Shown here: positions 14,585-29,500 of the stretch, in pieces
Layout: every line of letters begins with the position of its first letter
Numbering within the stretch: the stretch's first letter is position 1
DNA from: Pocillopora damicornis
Lineage: Eukaryota
Direction: 5' to 3'
Length of the DNA stretch: 64,000 bases
Assembly: GCF_003704095.1 (NCBI RefSeq)
Contig: NW_020844063.1
Location: forward strand, 62,001 to 126,000
The notes under the pieces: model-generated
Database searches by the model: none
What the model saw: the letters and a program-made list of their open reading frames with translations, nothing else
Told to the model about the DNA's origin: nothing
Program-made: the position numbers and the translations under genes

Positions 14585-17500
14585 CTATTCATACTTATAG
14601 ACAAACATGTCACCATTAATTTCCTTGCCGGACCCGTTGCCACTTTTGCTGACAGAGCATGTTGAGGATTTCCCGTACCTATCGTACTTGTTCTCCCCAT
14701 CGTTATCCGCCCAGCAGATCTTGTCGTCAACTCCGAATAGCTCGTGGCCTAAAGACTCAGCCTTCTCCTTGCAGTACAAGAAGATATTGTCATTACCTTG
14801 TATTTTATCGACACCGTCGTCCAAAGAGTCTGGTAAAGCCAATTTCGATGCCTTGTTGACGTAGCATCCTTTTTGTGCCCAGTCCCCTTTGTGAAAAATA
14901 GTAAGGAGAATTAGAAATCCGACCTCTCTAAACGCTCTTTGTGTACCTCTATGATTTCAAGAAAAATATGCGTAATATTCAGTCTCTTTCCAAATTTCTA
15001 ACGGTCTATGTCTAACAGTTACACTGGTGGTTATCATTCTCGCTTTTCATGTAATTCCGTGGTCATAACGTTCGTCCCACCTCAAGGCTCTCTTATTTTC
15101 TATGTGGGTGCTTTACAGCGGGGGAATTATCAGTTATGACTTCATATTTCCCAGAGTTCAAACTATAATTGCGTTCTCTCATCCTTTTCTTTTTTTTTTT
15201 TTTTCGGCAATTCTAGTGGTTACACGACTGGCTTTTAGCTTTAAGTTTACAACTGATAAATTGTTACGTCACGCGTATTTTGTATTTTGTATTTCATTCT
15301 CTAATTTAGATTTTATTGTTGTTATCATTATTACTGTTAGCACTATTTAATTTTGCATCGATAATTATTGATGATTATGGTATCGATAATTATTCCTCGT
15401 TTTGATTTTATCATCATACTCGTTACGAAAATGATGAACATGCACTTATGGAGATCACGTTTTACTTACTGCAATTACATGAACAACGTGAACAAACGAT
15501 ATAAAGGCTACAGTAAATAGATAAAATACTTAATCAATCATACAGATTTCCCAATACGTATAAGGAATAGATTAGAAATAAGACTTCGGTCATTATCTGT
15601 TTTAAACACAATGAAGCATTTTTCCTATAATTATGATCATTTTTATTGTTTTGTTGCTCTCATTAGTACATCATTACCCAGTTTCCTTTTCACCAGAAAA
15701 CAGAATGGAGTAAAAAAAAAGTTTTCTTACCATCTGCGTCTTTCTCGTAGACAAACATTGTTTCCGACTCCGACAGACCACTACCTAATCCATCCTTTGT
15801 CTTGCACTGCCCTGAGGTTCCATATTTGCTGAATGTGCTTTCTGCATTTTCACCGGTCCAGCATCTCCTGTCGTCCATACCAAACAAGGCCACATCTTCA
15901 CTGTTAGCCACTGATGTGCATGCTGTATAGCGGGCGCTTATTGATTTCTTGCTTCCCACTCTCTCAAGAACCACGTCGAGAGCGCGATCGCTATTCTTAA
16001 AGCAGCCCACTGGCTTCCATTCAGCTTTTGAGAAAACGAAGAAAAAATATTGTGAGTATTCCTGCAGTGAGCGGGAAACTTGCGCATTGCAGAAGACCCT
16101 TCCCACACCCTCTCCGGTCATTTGTCCAACTACTTCCCATCAGTGTAATCGTTTAGAGGCTTGGAAAATTCATCTTGGATCAAATTATACAGCTTTTAAA
16201 AAAAAAATCATAAATCTCGTAAAAGAAAGTTGCAGTTGTTCAACATTGTTAATGATGCATAAGAATAACTGTATGCAGTTTAAACGTCGTGATTCACATA
16301 GGAAGCGATTAATGCTTTATTACTAAATACGGTGGCCAATCGAAGGCTTGACCTCGGAGTCCACGATCGGGAGTCCAGCGTGACAAACATAGTTTCCATC
16401 TGTAGTACACATTTTACGGCATGTAATGAAAGGAGAATGCAAATGTCCTTTACTTACGTCCACACACTTGAGGGTTACACTCTTTCGTCTCTGCCTCGTC
16501 TCCTTCACAATCCTTACCATCAGCTGCAGGCTTAGGATTGTTACACTTTCTTTCTCTGATCAGTTCTCCTCCTCCACATGTAACTGAACACTTACTCCAA
16601 TCGCTCCAGTCTCCCCATCCGCCGTCCACTGGGAGTAAAAATGATGCGCTTAATGACATGTTCGTAATCAAAAGAAGAATCATAAACTATGCATAACAGG
16701 AGACGATCAAGCTGAGGGTCTCAATATGTTTTATGAGACCTCTTCAAAGATAATCCGACTTGAGTAATTTCTAAATTCTTGCATCTAGTCGTCTGGGAAT
16801 AATCTTGTGCGCCTAATGAGTGGCTTAAAAATCTCGAGGTGGAGGAGTGGAAACCACTCAGTGTTTCCACACGAGCAGAGGTTGGATCACGTTATTGATA
16901 AATAAAACATCCTCCAGGGATTATGGGAAAACGATAGTAATACAGTAATTGAAATCGGTGAGCAAGCTCAACTGAACTTGATTTTTTCGTGATAATTATT
17001 ATCGGTAAACTTACCGGGACATTTCTTTATTGGTGGTGTGCATGACTTTGTCTCGCTATCCTTTCCAAGACCTGAACAGTCCTTCCCACCATCCTTTGGT
17101 TCTGGGTTATTACACAAGCGATCACGTGTATGTTTGCCCTTTTGCTTGCCACAAGTAATAGAGCAGTCGCCCCAGGAACCCCAAGGTCCATAACCTCCAT
17201 CAACTAAAAATATTGATTTGACTCAGATAAAAAATTTGGTCGTAAAAACTAGGATTCTTTTACCTCAAAATAACTGGCAGTGGTTTATCTGACTATTGAT
17301 CTTATGAACTTAGCATAAGGACAAAAATTAGTAAAGAAGGTCAGAAGCAGAAGAAAATGTCGTAAATGAAGAGGAGTTAGTGGGGCTCAACGGCAAGAAG
17401 TTTATGCCAAATTAATTAATGGCGAGAGATGTTAAAAAATCTCAACATGAAATGATCTGATCAATGTCAGTGTGAGCAGCTGCGCACCAACCCCTCCCCT

Positions 17501-20500
17501 AATGTGAAAGTACGCTGGGTAAGGGGTAGCTGCGCGGTTGCTGAGATACTGACATTGATCCAAATTATACACAGAATATGTGAACCTGGACATCCAGCTG
17601 TATTACAAACTTCTGTCTGACGGATGGGCCCCAGTTCCGAACAATCTTTTCCACCATGTTGCGGTTTGGGATTGGTGCACTGCCGATCACGTTGGCGTAT
17701 TCCTCCTCCACAGCTAACAGAACATTTGCTCCACCCGTTCCAGTTAGTGTAACCTCCGTCAACTACGTAAACGTGACAATAATGGATTCGTACATAATAA
17801 AGACCGTTTTACGTTTCGGTATGCAAAGGTAACATGTTATTCAATGTCGTCCAAACAGTTACACGTAAAACATAAAAAAAACTTTTTAATGTGCATCCCG
17901 AACCGATATTGGCAACTTTAGAGATTACTTTTAATTGGATGTGACCAGCTTTCTTAAAGAGAGTAATAAACCTTCTAGAGAAGAATTTGCCTCGCTCCCA
18001 ACATTGCGCTTTGTTGCTCAGTTGATAGAAAAGTCCAACTTATGGAAAAAGTTTGGTACGAATTCGAATCCCGTCAAAGCTCAAATTTTTCAGGCTTCCT
18101 TTTCCTAAATCTTTTGAATGCAGATCACTTGCGAGGATCATATCTTCCGTTGCGTTTCTTTCCGCAGGTCGAAATGGTACTTTCTTTCTTTTGATTCAGA
18201 CCTAAGCGTTGTAGTTGGCACCTGATGCCTTTTTTATTTTCCTCTGTGCACTGAGAAAATAAAGCTTTCTGTATGGTACGCTTCAGTCTTTAAATAAACA
18301 CATACTCACTGGGGCAATTTTGATTGCTGCATTCTCTGCTTGATTTACTCGGTCCAAGTCCCGAGCAATCCTTTCCTCCGGCACTTGGAGGTGGATTTGT
18401 GCACGTTCGCTCTCGATATTGCTTTCCACCTCCACACGTTTTAGTGCATTTGCCATATGGCCCCCAAGCAGAGTACCCACCATTCCCTACAAATAAATGA
18501 GGTTTTATGAGTTTCTTTATCATGACATCAACAATTGAAAGTTGTTTCTTTACTTCTTGATACACAGCGGGTAAAAAACAAATGTATCACTGGCCTCCAG
18601 GTGATATAGATGTGAGAGGTACGACCCTGACCTTTGGATTTGATTCCTAACGGAATCAATCAATGAACTAATACAGTTTTGGAGGTTTTCACTAAATGTG
18701 ATGGTAAATCCCTAGGCTAGTAGATTGAAAATTCACATTACACAAATAATCCTACCTACATATAGTTTGACGAACCGTGCACCGTTAAACCTTGTTTGGG
18801 AGAGTATAGAATGTTTCGCTATTATAGCTTTAGAAACACTAGAATTTTCAATTCGAACTGCAATTTCCATGGGGTTTGATTTTTTTCAATTGCCTTTGAA
18901 ATTCAAAATAAATGAACATGTAGCGCGCTCACTCGGGCATTCTTCGTTATTGCACTGCTCTGTTTCCAATGAGGGTCCAACGCAGTTCTTTCCATCATGC
19001 TGTGGAACAGGGTTGTCACATTTCCTGCTGCGCGCTCTTCTTCCTCCACCACATGAAGCAGAACAAGCACTCCATTCGAGCCAATTGCTATAACCACCAT
19101 CAACTGGAAAGAAAGAAGAAGTCAACTGTTGCTTTGTGTAGTGCTAAACGGTTCATAAGCCAAGTGACCTGCACCTTTAGGGCTTTCCAAAGCGACCAGG
19201 GATGTGGCTACTTCCTCTGGAGGAAATACCTATCTATTCCACCCCCTGGAATTTCATAAACTTTTGCTAACAGTTTGTTTGTTACTATTAATGCTTCAGA
19301 ATATCTAGAAGAGGACACTGAGTGCAAATTGTGTCTTGGCCGAGAAAATAACTACATAACCTTGGCCAAGAATAGAATTCGAACTGATCCAAATCTAACA
19401 TGTCATATCCGTCACCAATATTCATTATTAACCAATATTCACTATGGTATAATTAACGTTGAAAAAAGCCTTAAATAAATTGTCTATTTAATTATGAATA
19501 TTCTGAAATTCCCACAAAAATGCAAAACCAATACAAAACATTGATCATCATGGTTATCACAGTCATCATCCTTTTACCACCAGCGAAATAAACTCAAAGC
19601 TACCACGTTCCGTTACTGGATCCAGGTAATGCAGAAGGTGACATGAAATAAACCAGGTATGCTTCTACTTCAAAACAATCGCTATTTTAATTAATATTCA
19701 AGGGGAAGAATACATATTTGCCTTATCTAAAGTTCGTTAAAGTAAGTTAACAGTTTCTCACTTGGACAGTTGCGTGTGTTACATTCTCTGGTTGAAATGT
19801 CTGGTCCCAGACTATCGCAGTCTTTGCCTCCGTTCGCAGGTGGTGGATTGGTACAAGTGCGCTTGCGTGTTTCTACTCCGCCACCACACGTCTTGGTACA
19901 TTTGCCGTATTGTGACCAAGCAGAGTATCCGCCATTCACTTCAAAACAAAAATAAAAATTATTGTTAGCATAATCATGCTAGTTTCCTCTAGAAATTCCT
20001 GCTCCATTTAAGGGCGATAATCTTTGACAGAAAATTTGATTGTTTGATAGACAGCTTGGAGCCGAGCACAATTTTTCAATTTGATGTTCTCATCCTTAAT
20101 AAATGTTACTTTTTTCCAATGAATCTCTCAAGATAAGAAGTGGGATTTTGACTGAAAAATTTTTATGCGTTTACCTGGGCAGCTTCCATCATTGCAATCT
20201 TCATATTGTGTGTCAGGTCCCAGGTCAGAGCAGTCCTTTCCACCAGGGCTTGGAGGGGGATTGGTGCATGATCGACGGCGACTCCGACGCCCATCTCCAC
20301 ACGTTTTGGAACACTGAGACCAAGAGCCCCACGCTGAAAACCCTCCGTCATCTACGGTGGAAAATCAAAGATGATGAAGTGTTTGCAATTTTTTTTCTAG
20401 CAGGTGATATCTATTATCTAAAAATACATAAAAAATATTTTTCCCTGCATATATGACGTAACACAGTGTCTACAAAAGAGTCTTTATGTGGTAAATGGTC

Positions 20501-23500
20501 TTTATGTGGTAATGGCTTTTACGGCGAACATATAAAATTTTGGCAATTTAACAGGTAACAGTCAACCCAAAATTACTCAAAATTACATGTTATAGAAAGG
20601 AAAATTATAACGGTTGACTCCTCTTACGCCTAACGGCTAAATTTTTGACTGTTTTACCCCATAGCGATCCTTATGAAAGTACTTTAAGGTAACTAACAGT
20701 TGTTAACAACAAAATCAGAAAAAGCCAACATAAAACTATTGATACACGCAAGATATTTAATCTCACTTGTCTTGCATCCGTAGAATTCAGCCCTCAGGGC
20801 GATGTAGCTGTACCATTCCTCTGGAACAATCCTCAAATAGCGCGTGCGAATAGGTTTGGGTAAATCGTGGCTTACGACTGTGTACCGGTCACTGTTTGCC
20901 AAAAATGTCTTAAAAAAAAAACAAAAACAATGAAAATAATGATAACAATGATGATGATGATAAAATACTCCATGGTAAATTGAGAGACTTTTTACTCACC
21001 ACGGTGTAACCAAATGGTTGATACTGGTTCCAGTAAGATTTATCGAGACTGTATCTCAACGTGTATTTTGTGACATACTGATTTGCATTCTGGCGACCTT
21101 GGGTAGCAATTCGTGTGACTTGGGTCTCAACTCCAAAGTCAACCTGGAACCACTGATTATGGTTCTGAACGCTTGAAACCCAGGCTCCTTGGCGGCCTCC
21201 GACGGGATGAGAGTGAAGTCTCGCATTTTCAGGACCATAATTAGCATTCCATTTCGATGAGGCTGACAATGCAGAATTTGGTATCTTGCCATTTTGCATC
21301 CCAAGTTGAATCTGGCATGGAGGAACACTGGGAATGGGAAAACCTAGGAAGCAAAAAAAAATCGGTGTCTCAACAAGAAATTATTATTATGGTTTTACAT
21401 TAGATGAGTTCATGGGATCTACAGGAAACGGGGTTTTGATTTACCTTGCTTGTTACTTCTTATCTCAGAATGAATATCAGACTGCAAGGCTAAATTTTCC
21501 GGCGACCTAGTTAATTGACTCTTACATGGCAAACTACTATATGCATTGTGCCCAATATCAAAATATGCTGTGATAAACATACATTTTATCATTCTTCCCT
21601 GGAATTGCTTCTTTTTGCCTTCATAATTGTGATCAATTTTTTTGTAATTTAGTAAAATAGGATTTTTTCGTGGTTTAACAACTACTGAAATCCGAATTCA
21701 CCGGTAAGTTTCCCATTAAAGGTAGAAAAAGAGAAGTTCTTTCATTTTTTACGCGCAAGGGTTCTTTTCTCAACCTAAAATTCTCGTTTTGAACTGCAGG
21801 GAGAATTTTCATGTAAAAACTTTTCTCGAACAAAATTGTACAGATAATATTGAAATGAAGGAAAATAGAGGGGTTGGAGAGTTATTGTATTCTGACACGT
21901 TTTTGAGTGGCTTTGTGGCAATAGGCTCGTGTAGGCTATTGACAAAATCGATTTACTAACCGCTTGTGCATCCGTAAAGCTCGAAACGTAGTGCTATGTA
22001 ACCTTGCCACTCTTTTGCGTGGATTCTAATATATTGTGCTATTATAGGCGGATTGAGAATGTTCCCAACTATTGTATTCTGGTCCGTATTGCCTGGAAGA
22101 ACCTATAAAACATGAGAGGTGATGGTGAGTTTATTGTTTCTGTCACTTAAGGACTAAAACGTAACAAGGGTGTTTCGTGTTCGTCAGAAAAAGGAACACT
22201 TCCAAGAGATGAGACTGACGTAGATTGCATCGTTTAAAGATAAGTGACATGTGGAGAGGACCACACTGCACGTAAATAAACAAAGATATCGATGAGGGCC
22301 TCCTGATATTTCTGTCTTGCTCTTATCGGAATCAAGAACGCACAGGTTCAAATTGTTCCCCTCGGAGCCAAAACACGGCTGAGCTGCGCGGACACAATTG
22401 TCAGTTGACTCACACCTTATAAAAAGATCGTTTTAGGGGCACAGGCCTCCTATCTGCAGAATTAATACAAACATATATAGTGGCTAGAGGAATGAAACTT
22501 AGTTTTGTAACTCAAGGAGGCTCGATACAAAACGAAACTTCACGTCCACCCTATACCTGGTTGTCATTGTAAGGCAAGAATGGTCCACCTTCAACACTGT
22601 AGGTAAGAGAGAAGCTTTTAACCCAGTGACCCGCCTCTTGCCTCCCTCTCGTGGCTATACGTGTTATTTTTGCAATTTTTCCCAAATTAACTTGTATCCA
22701 TTGACCAAGGTCCTGCGCATTAGGAATCCACGCTCCAGCAAAACTCCCTGACTTCACTGTATTCAGTCTGGCGCGCTCTGGACCATAATACTGATTTAGG
22801 CTGGTAGTAGCAGTGATAGCGCTGTTGGGTATTTTCCCGTTGCTCATTCCAAGTTCTGCTTGGCATTCCAGTTTTGGGGGCTCAAATCCTGATAATTTAA
22901 GAGCAAAGACAGTTAAAGCCAGGAAACTGCGAAGCACCAATCGAAACGAAGGGAGGAAAGGGTGATTCTGATTATGAGCGAATTACACACTCTTCACTAT
23001 CACCCCTTCAGAAGAGCCGTATCCGTCGATCTTCGTTTTACAAAGCAAAAGCAGCATGTTTCGCTACTTTTTAAACAATTATTTACGGTGCTGGGAGAAA
23101 ATATTGTTGGATATTTACCAAGCTGCAAAGTGGTGTGGTAAATGTCCACCACTTTCACCGACAATGAGGTGAATAATTGTTTAAAAGTAGTTAATTCTAT
23201 CAATGTACCAAAAAGTGGTTGGGACTTTAAATAGCTACGCGCGATTTTGCCTGTTCTACTGCTCGCAGGTGAATAGTATTTGCAAATCACTTACGAACGA
23301 GCTAATTAGCGCACACAAAAAGTACTATTCATTTGTATGGTATATAATAAATATTTTTGTGCTACAAATTATTTACAGAACATCATAATCTTACTAGAAA
23401 ACTTGCCAGTTTATACCACATAAATGGCCTCATATTACGTCGGTAATCACGCGGGAATATTTATTGCTTTCCCTTACCATCTTTGCAACCATAAAACTCT

Positions 23501-26500
23501 GCTCTCATAGATATGTGACCATACCATTCCACTGGATGAATTCGTATATATCGAGTGATGATGGGATTTTTTAGATCATGATATGCTGGGGTATATCGAT
23601 CAACACTACCAGCAAAGACCTAAAAGAGAAAGAAGTCAATTATCGTACTTGACCCTCACGTTTTCTATTAAATCGTTCCGCAGAGTAAACAAATCTTCTA
23701 CGTTTCAATACTTCATCTGGATATTACATGTACAAGGCACTAAAAAAAAACTGATAGTATTTACGAAAGAGAAGAAAAGTATTCTGGATTTGAACCAAAC
23801 CCGGCCTTAATTTTGTGTTTTACCCCTTCACAGAATAAAATAAGAAGCATTTAATCCAAGGGCATTTATGTCCGTTCAAAAGCTGAGGATTGCTAGAACG
23901 CAAGAAGATTATATATCCTTTTCAAATGAAAGGAAAGCTTAAGGTGATTCCTCAGCATTGAACTACGCATACTGAACTGTGCATAAAAACCACGTAATCA
24001 GGCGAAAAAGCGAGCGCATTCCGAGAACAAGGTATTGTTTTTCAGTAATAGACCCAGTAAAGAGGTGCGATTGTCTTTAGCTCTTGAACAAGCACAGTGA
24101 CCTACATTTTTACTGTCATGTTTTTTTTAAACAGACATTGGCAAGGAATATTTATGGAAAGTTTAAGATATATTGTTCTATAACTTTTTTGTTCTAAGGA
24201 ATCACCTTAAGCCTCTCATCTGAACAAAAATTCTCATATTTTTATTAATTCTCCTCCGCTACACCTTCAGCTCATCCTAACCACAAATCTGATACCATAC
24301 CCATGCTATGCACATTTTTACTCCAGATCCCTGAGTAAGTGCTTTGACTTCACAAACAGACTTTTAAAATTCCACTATTACACCATTTTACCAAATTAGG
24401 GCAACAGAACGCACAAAATATGCTACGGCACTATACCGTAAAACAAAGAAAAAATACGAAAGGAAAGCAGTGCAACAAATTGTCACGATTTTGGTGCTGC
24501 TACATATTTATCTTTCATGGAAAGTATTGTTAAAGTATATCATGAAAAAATTACTCATAAGTATAGAAAGCGACGCTAGGTACCTCTGCACCGTCTTCTA
24601 AATAAGCTTTGAAGAACACTGCATCGTAGCCATATGAAAGTTTAAACCTCTTCACCCACTGCTCCGCGTCTGATCTCCCTTGAATGGCAACTCGGGTGAT
24701 CTTTGTCCAGTCTCCAAAATTTGCTTGCAAGAACTGGAACTTATCATTTTTTTGTGCTATCCAGGCTCCATGTCGGCCTGACCTGTAAAGGAAATGTAAT
24801 CTGCCGTTGATGGCAGTCCCTGTTGAAGCACTTAAAGCAGAGTCTGGAATTCTTTCATTCTGCATTCCAAGAGCTTCCAAGCACACCAAGGCCTTCGGTT
24901 TTTCGAATCCTATAGATATAACAAGGGAGAAAATGAAAGGAAACGTTAGCATTATACAGCGGGGAGAATGTACCAAGAATATAAATGACTTTACAACGAT
25001 TCTTACTGAGAAAATTATGGAGGGGTTAAGTAAAATTCAGCAAAGTTTTCATTGACATACTCGTCGATTCTTTTTTTTCGTAGTATGTTACGTTAAAAAC
25101 TTTCTAATTGGGGTGTTGACTCTTTCCTTCTTTTCCACTGTAGACCATTGACATTATCTACCGACTACCCGTTCTCATTGAAACCCTGTAGGTAACTCCA
25201 GAATATATGATACAAAATTTTTATACGACACTCTGAATTCGTTTTTGAATTGAAACCCATACTGAAGTACCTAAAAATTTTCGTATGGAGATTACCTTCG
25301 GTACACCCATAAAATTCGGCTCGCAGGGCTGGATGTCCTTTAGATGTTACCACACGAATCTTAATGAACCGGGCGACTATTGGTGGATCGATGACGCTAC
25401 CAGCGGGTTCATTTTTATCCTGAGTGTTCCCTGTAAATACCTGATAGGAAGATTTTTCGAGGGTTGGTAAAAGTTCTCAGTAGGTGTATGAATGAGTGAG
25501 AGATGAATAAATGAACGAATGAATGAGTGAGAGTATGAAAGAATAAGTTTGTATACATGCATGAGTGTAAGAATGAATTTAATGATGAAAGATTAATGTG
25601 TGGTTAGATTAATAAATGAACGAGTCAATAAAAGAATGAGTGAATGAATGTTGAGGCTATTCCACAACAGGTCGTTAAGACCATTACGCAGTTCTACACT
25701 CTTCTATAGATACGTAAGACCATGATGCCTCAGTAGCTTGTTCTTTTCATTTTCATTTTTTTTTCAATCGCACGCGGTGAAGCTAATTTGCTCTGATATT
25801 GTGATTTGTCTTTTGTTTCCCTCCTTTCATCATATGGTAAGTTTAGATAGTTTCTTTTTCGAATTTCGCTTCGCTAAGTAATCTTTGTTGTGTCGCAGGT
25901 TATTACGGCTCAAAGAGTTTGTAATCCAAAATGAAAGGCTGTTGTGCTAACGATTTGTGACGTCCTCCGCCCGATCAATAAAGAAGTTGCGTTTGGAAGG
26001 CTGTTCGTGTTATAAAGCCACGCCCTGAACCGCCTTATATGTCCAGCCCGGGCAATGAATGAATGAATGAAGGAATGTGTTACTATTCTTGAGTCAGAAA
26101 AAGTTTTTTCGATAGAGAACTGGAAAAGAAGCTGCCAAAAAAAAAGCGCAAATATGGTTTTAGCCTGTGAATAAGTTCATGCATAAAAAATGAAAGAATT
26201 TATGAATGAAAAGTAAATTAAAGAATTAATCAGTATTAATGTTCAAAAGACAGAAGGAGTTTCCAAACTCATACTTGTCCATCACCGGCACCGTATGTCG
26301 TGAAAGAGACGCCATCAAGACTGTAGGCCAAGATGTAGCTGCTGACCATCCAATTAGCGTCGGAACGCCCTTGAGTTGCCACACCAGTAACCTTGACAAA
26401 CTTACCAAAGTCGTACTGTATAAACTGGTGAACGTTATTATACTGAGCAGCCCAGCCGCCGTAATAGCTTCCCTCTTTTACGGCGCGAAGCCTGCCACGT

Positions 26501-29500
26501 TCCGGTCCAAAATACTGGTTGTACATTGAAGAGGCCACTATGGCGCTGCTTGGAATTTTTCCACTTTCGATACCCAGGGGATCTTTGCATTTAGGTTTTG
26601 GAGGCGTAAAACCTTTTGAAAAAAAGTTAGAATTGAAATTATTTCTATATTTCTTATTTTATTTTTTACTCACTGTAGAAATCTTAAAAAGAGTGCATGT
26701 TCAGAGTCTCTCTTTGTTTTTCTGTTTTTTTTTCGATTGAAAAACCTCCATCAATGTTATTTGGTGAGTTAAATAAGGCCTCACTTCACAAACTAATATA
26801 AGAGGCAAACGGGAATTGTAGTAATCATAGTAATTGTCTGTCGGAAACATAGCTCCCATTACCCGAAACGGTTTGGGTGACCTTGAGCAAATATGTCACT
26901 AGAAGTCCATCACTGATCTAAAAGAAGCCCATACGTTCTTTAAACGCCTTGTGATGAACATTAATTTTTATTTGTATTTTACCTTCCCTGCAGCCATAAA
27001 ACTCTGCTCTAAGCGATATATAGCCTTGCCATGTCTTTGGTTTGATTCGAAGGTAACGAGTGATGATTGGATTCTTTAAAGTATGCTTCACCACCGAGTA
27101 TTTATCACTGTTTCCAGTAAAAACCTTAAACAAAATGACCAAAAATGTAAGGTTCAATACTTTAGAATGTTAACTTAACCAAGAGAAAAATCTTCAGCAT
27201 AAATAGCTTCGCATGGAGGTGAACCTTACGATATTTAGCGTTTCTGTTTACCAGACTGATTCAGTACTAAACTATGTGTGGGAGGGATGCTTCTGTCTTG
27301 TCCAAATATTGACGCAAGTAAAATTGATACCTTACGGAGGTGGGATGGAATTTACCTCATGCTTCACGTGCGCCCCGCGTATTAAAAAAATTATTTTCTT
27401 TCGATGTAAATAAGGTACCTTCACTTCATTGTCTTCTTGATAATCCCTAAAGAACACACCATCGTCACTGCTGGCAAGGATGTAGCTTTTAACCCACCAG
27501 GCTCCATCTTGTCTGCCTTGAGTGGCTACTTGAGTTATTTGGGTCCAATCGCCAAAACTGACCTCAAAGTACTGGAATTCGTTATTTGTTGAAGTGGCCC
27601 ATGCTCCGTACTGTCCTGACTTCGCTTGGAAATGCAATCTTCCATTCCTTGGACCCATAGAGTTTACATTGTAAGACGTGGACGCCCTCAAAGCAGAATC
27701 TGGTATCTGGTTATTTTGCATACCAAGAGGTGCTACGCAGGTTGGTGGTTTTGGTGGAGTGAAACCTTTAATCAAGAAGGAAGGAAAAGTAAACTCTAAG
27801 AACCGAAGATGTAGAGCAATAATCAAAAGTCACCTAAGAGAATATTTCATTATCACTATAAACATTCCCGGAGCTATGTTTTTACAGTTAAAGGTCAGCT
27901 TCTGTAATCGTAACCAGAGATAGATACTTTAAATATTGTCGCTATTTTTGATAGAAAGATGAGATCATATAAATAAAACCCTTCCATTTATCCACCTTCT
28001 CGTTGCCAAATATGTATTGATCCGTTCATTCATTCATTCATTCATTCATTCATATTTCCACCCATTATTCGTTTATTTTTACAGTAACACAGTCTGTCAG
28101 TCGCATGATTAGTCACTTTGTCAGTCAGTCACTTCGTCAGTCAGTCAGTCGGTCACTTCGTCAGTCAGTCAGTCAGTCACTTCGTCAGTCAGTCAGTCAG
28201 TCACTCAATCAACCCGCCAGTAAACCAGTCACCAAAAAATATATTTTCTGGTTCATTTATCCATTTACTTTATCATTTTTAGCACACATACTCGTATCCA
28301 GATATGATATCAAAATCACCTTCTCTGCATCCATATAGTTCCACTCGTAAAGAAATGAATCCCTGCCAAGTTTTGGGGTGAATCTTGATGAAGCGTGCAA
28401 TTATTGGTGGATTAATCATGCTGCCTGCTGGCGTATTTCTGTCTCGACTTCCAAGAAATACCTTGAATGTATTGAATTACATCAGTCGTATAGAGTGAGA
28501 CCAGATCAAATCATATGGCTAACAATGGTGGCTCTAAATACAGGAGCATGCTCGCATACCGGCTTCAAAACGTGTTTTAAAGATTAAAATCGTTCCTCGC
28601 CAACGTAATATACTTTTTGAAGGGTAACCCATTTTTTTTCACCCAGTGTGGCAATATTTTCACGGTTTCGCTGCCGTTTCGCATTTGACTCGTAAATATC
28701 TATAGGCCCACTTAAAAAAAATTACCCTTTACTTTTTTTGATGAATTTAGGTGGCTCAGAACTTCTTCCACAAGTCATATTTCTTATTTACTTCTAATAG
28801 TTGCTACGTCGAAAAATTTACGTGCGGGGATAGAGTTAGGAAGATGGGATTCACTATAATAGTACCTGGCCATTGTTGTACGACTCAAAGCTTCCTCCAT
28901 TAAGCTTAGAGGACATGGTAAAACTAGTTGTCCACCAATCCGCGTTGTCGCGACCCTGGATAGCAATCCTGGTCACTTTTGTATTCTCACCAAGGTCAAA
29001 TTGTATCCATTCCCCTGTGTTGGATGCCTTTGGAGACCATCCCCCGATAAAGCTTCCTGCTGTGACCTTACGCAGCCTTGCTCTTTCCGGTCCATAGTAT
29101 GCATTGTATTGGGAGGAGGCCACAATAGCAGCGTTTGGAATCTGGCCGTTTTCTAATCCAAGCGCTGATACGCAGACAATCTCAGGATCTTTAAAACCTG
29201 ACCGAGAAAAGCAAATTTGGCTTACATTATAAAAGTATACAGGATACAGTGACTTTATTGATCAGCGATTGCACTATGCCAAAGAGGGTAAGGTAGTGTT
29301 CAAACCCTTGTCAAAGCCTTTGCTTTGTACCAAAGAGCTTGACACCATAATTTCAAAGTGACGTAAATAAAATGAATAAATAAGAAGCGGAAAAAACTTC
29401 TGCTTTGCTTTGTATTTCTCATAATGAAACTTTCACTTTCAAAAAACCCTATTGACTACTAACTTAAGGTAGGGCACGGTTTGGTATTGTATGNNNNNNN

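Noticed and set aside
11565-14585. Genes A and B as one continuous CDS
   Set aside because: Gene A has a stop at 14585-14587 and gene B has its own ATG and signal-peptide exons mirroring gene A.
22170-22192. Minus-strand CTGACGA-ACAC-GAAA hammerhead-like core
   Set aside because: No helix II pairing and no UH cleavage site or helix I.
28105-28338. SQSLRQSV-repeat ORF / CRISPR-like repeat
   Set aside because: Translation of an intronic (TCAG)n minisatellite. No spacers, and the context is eukaryotic.
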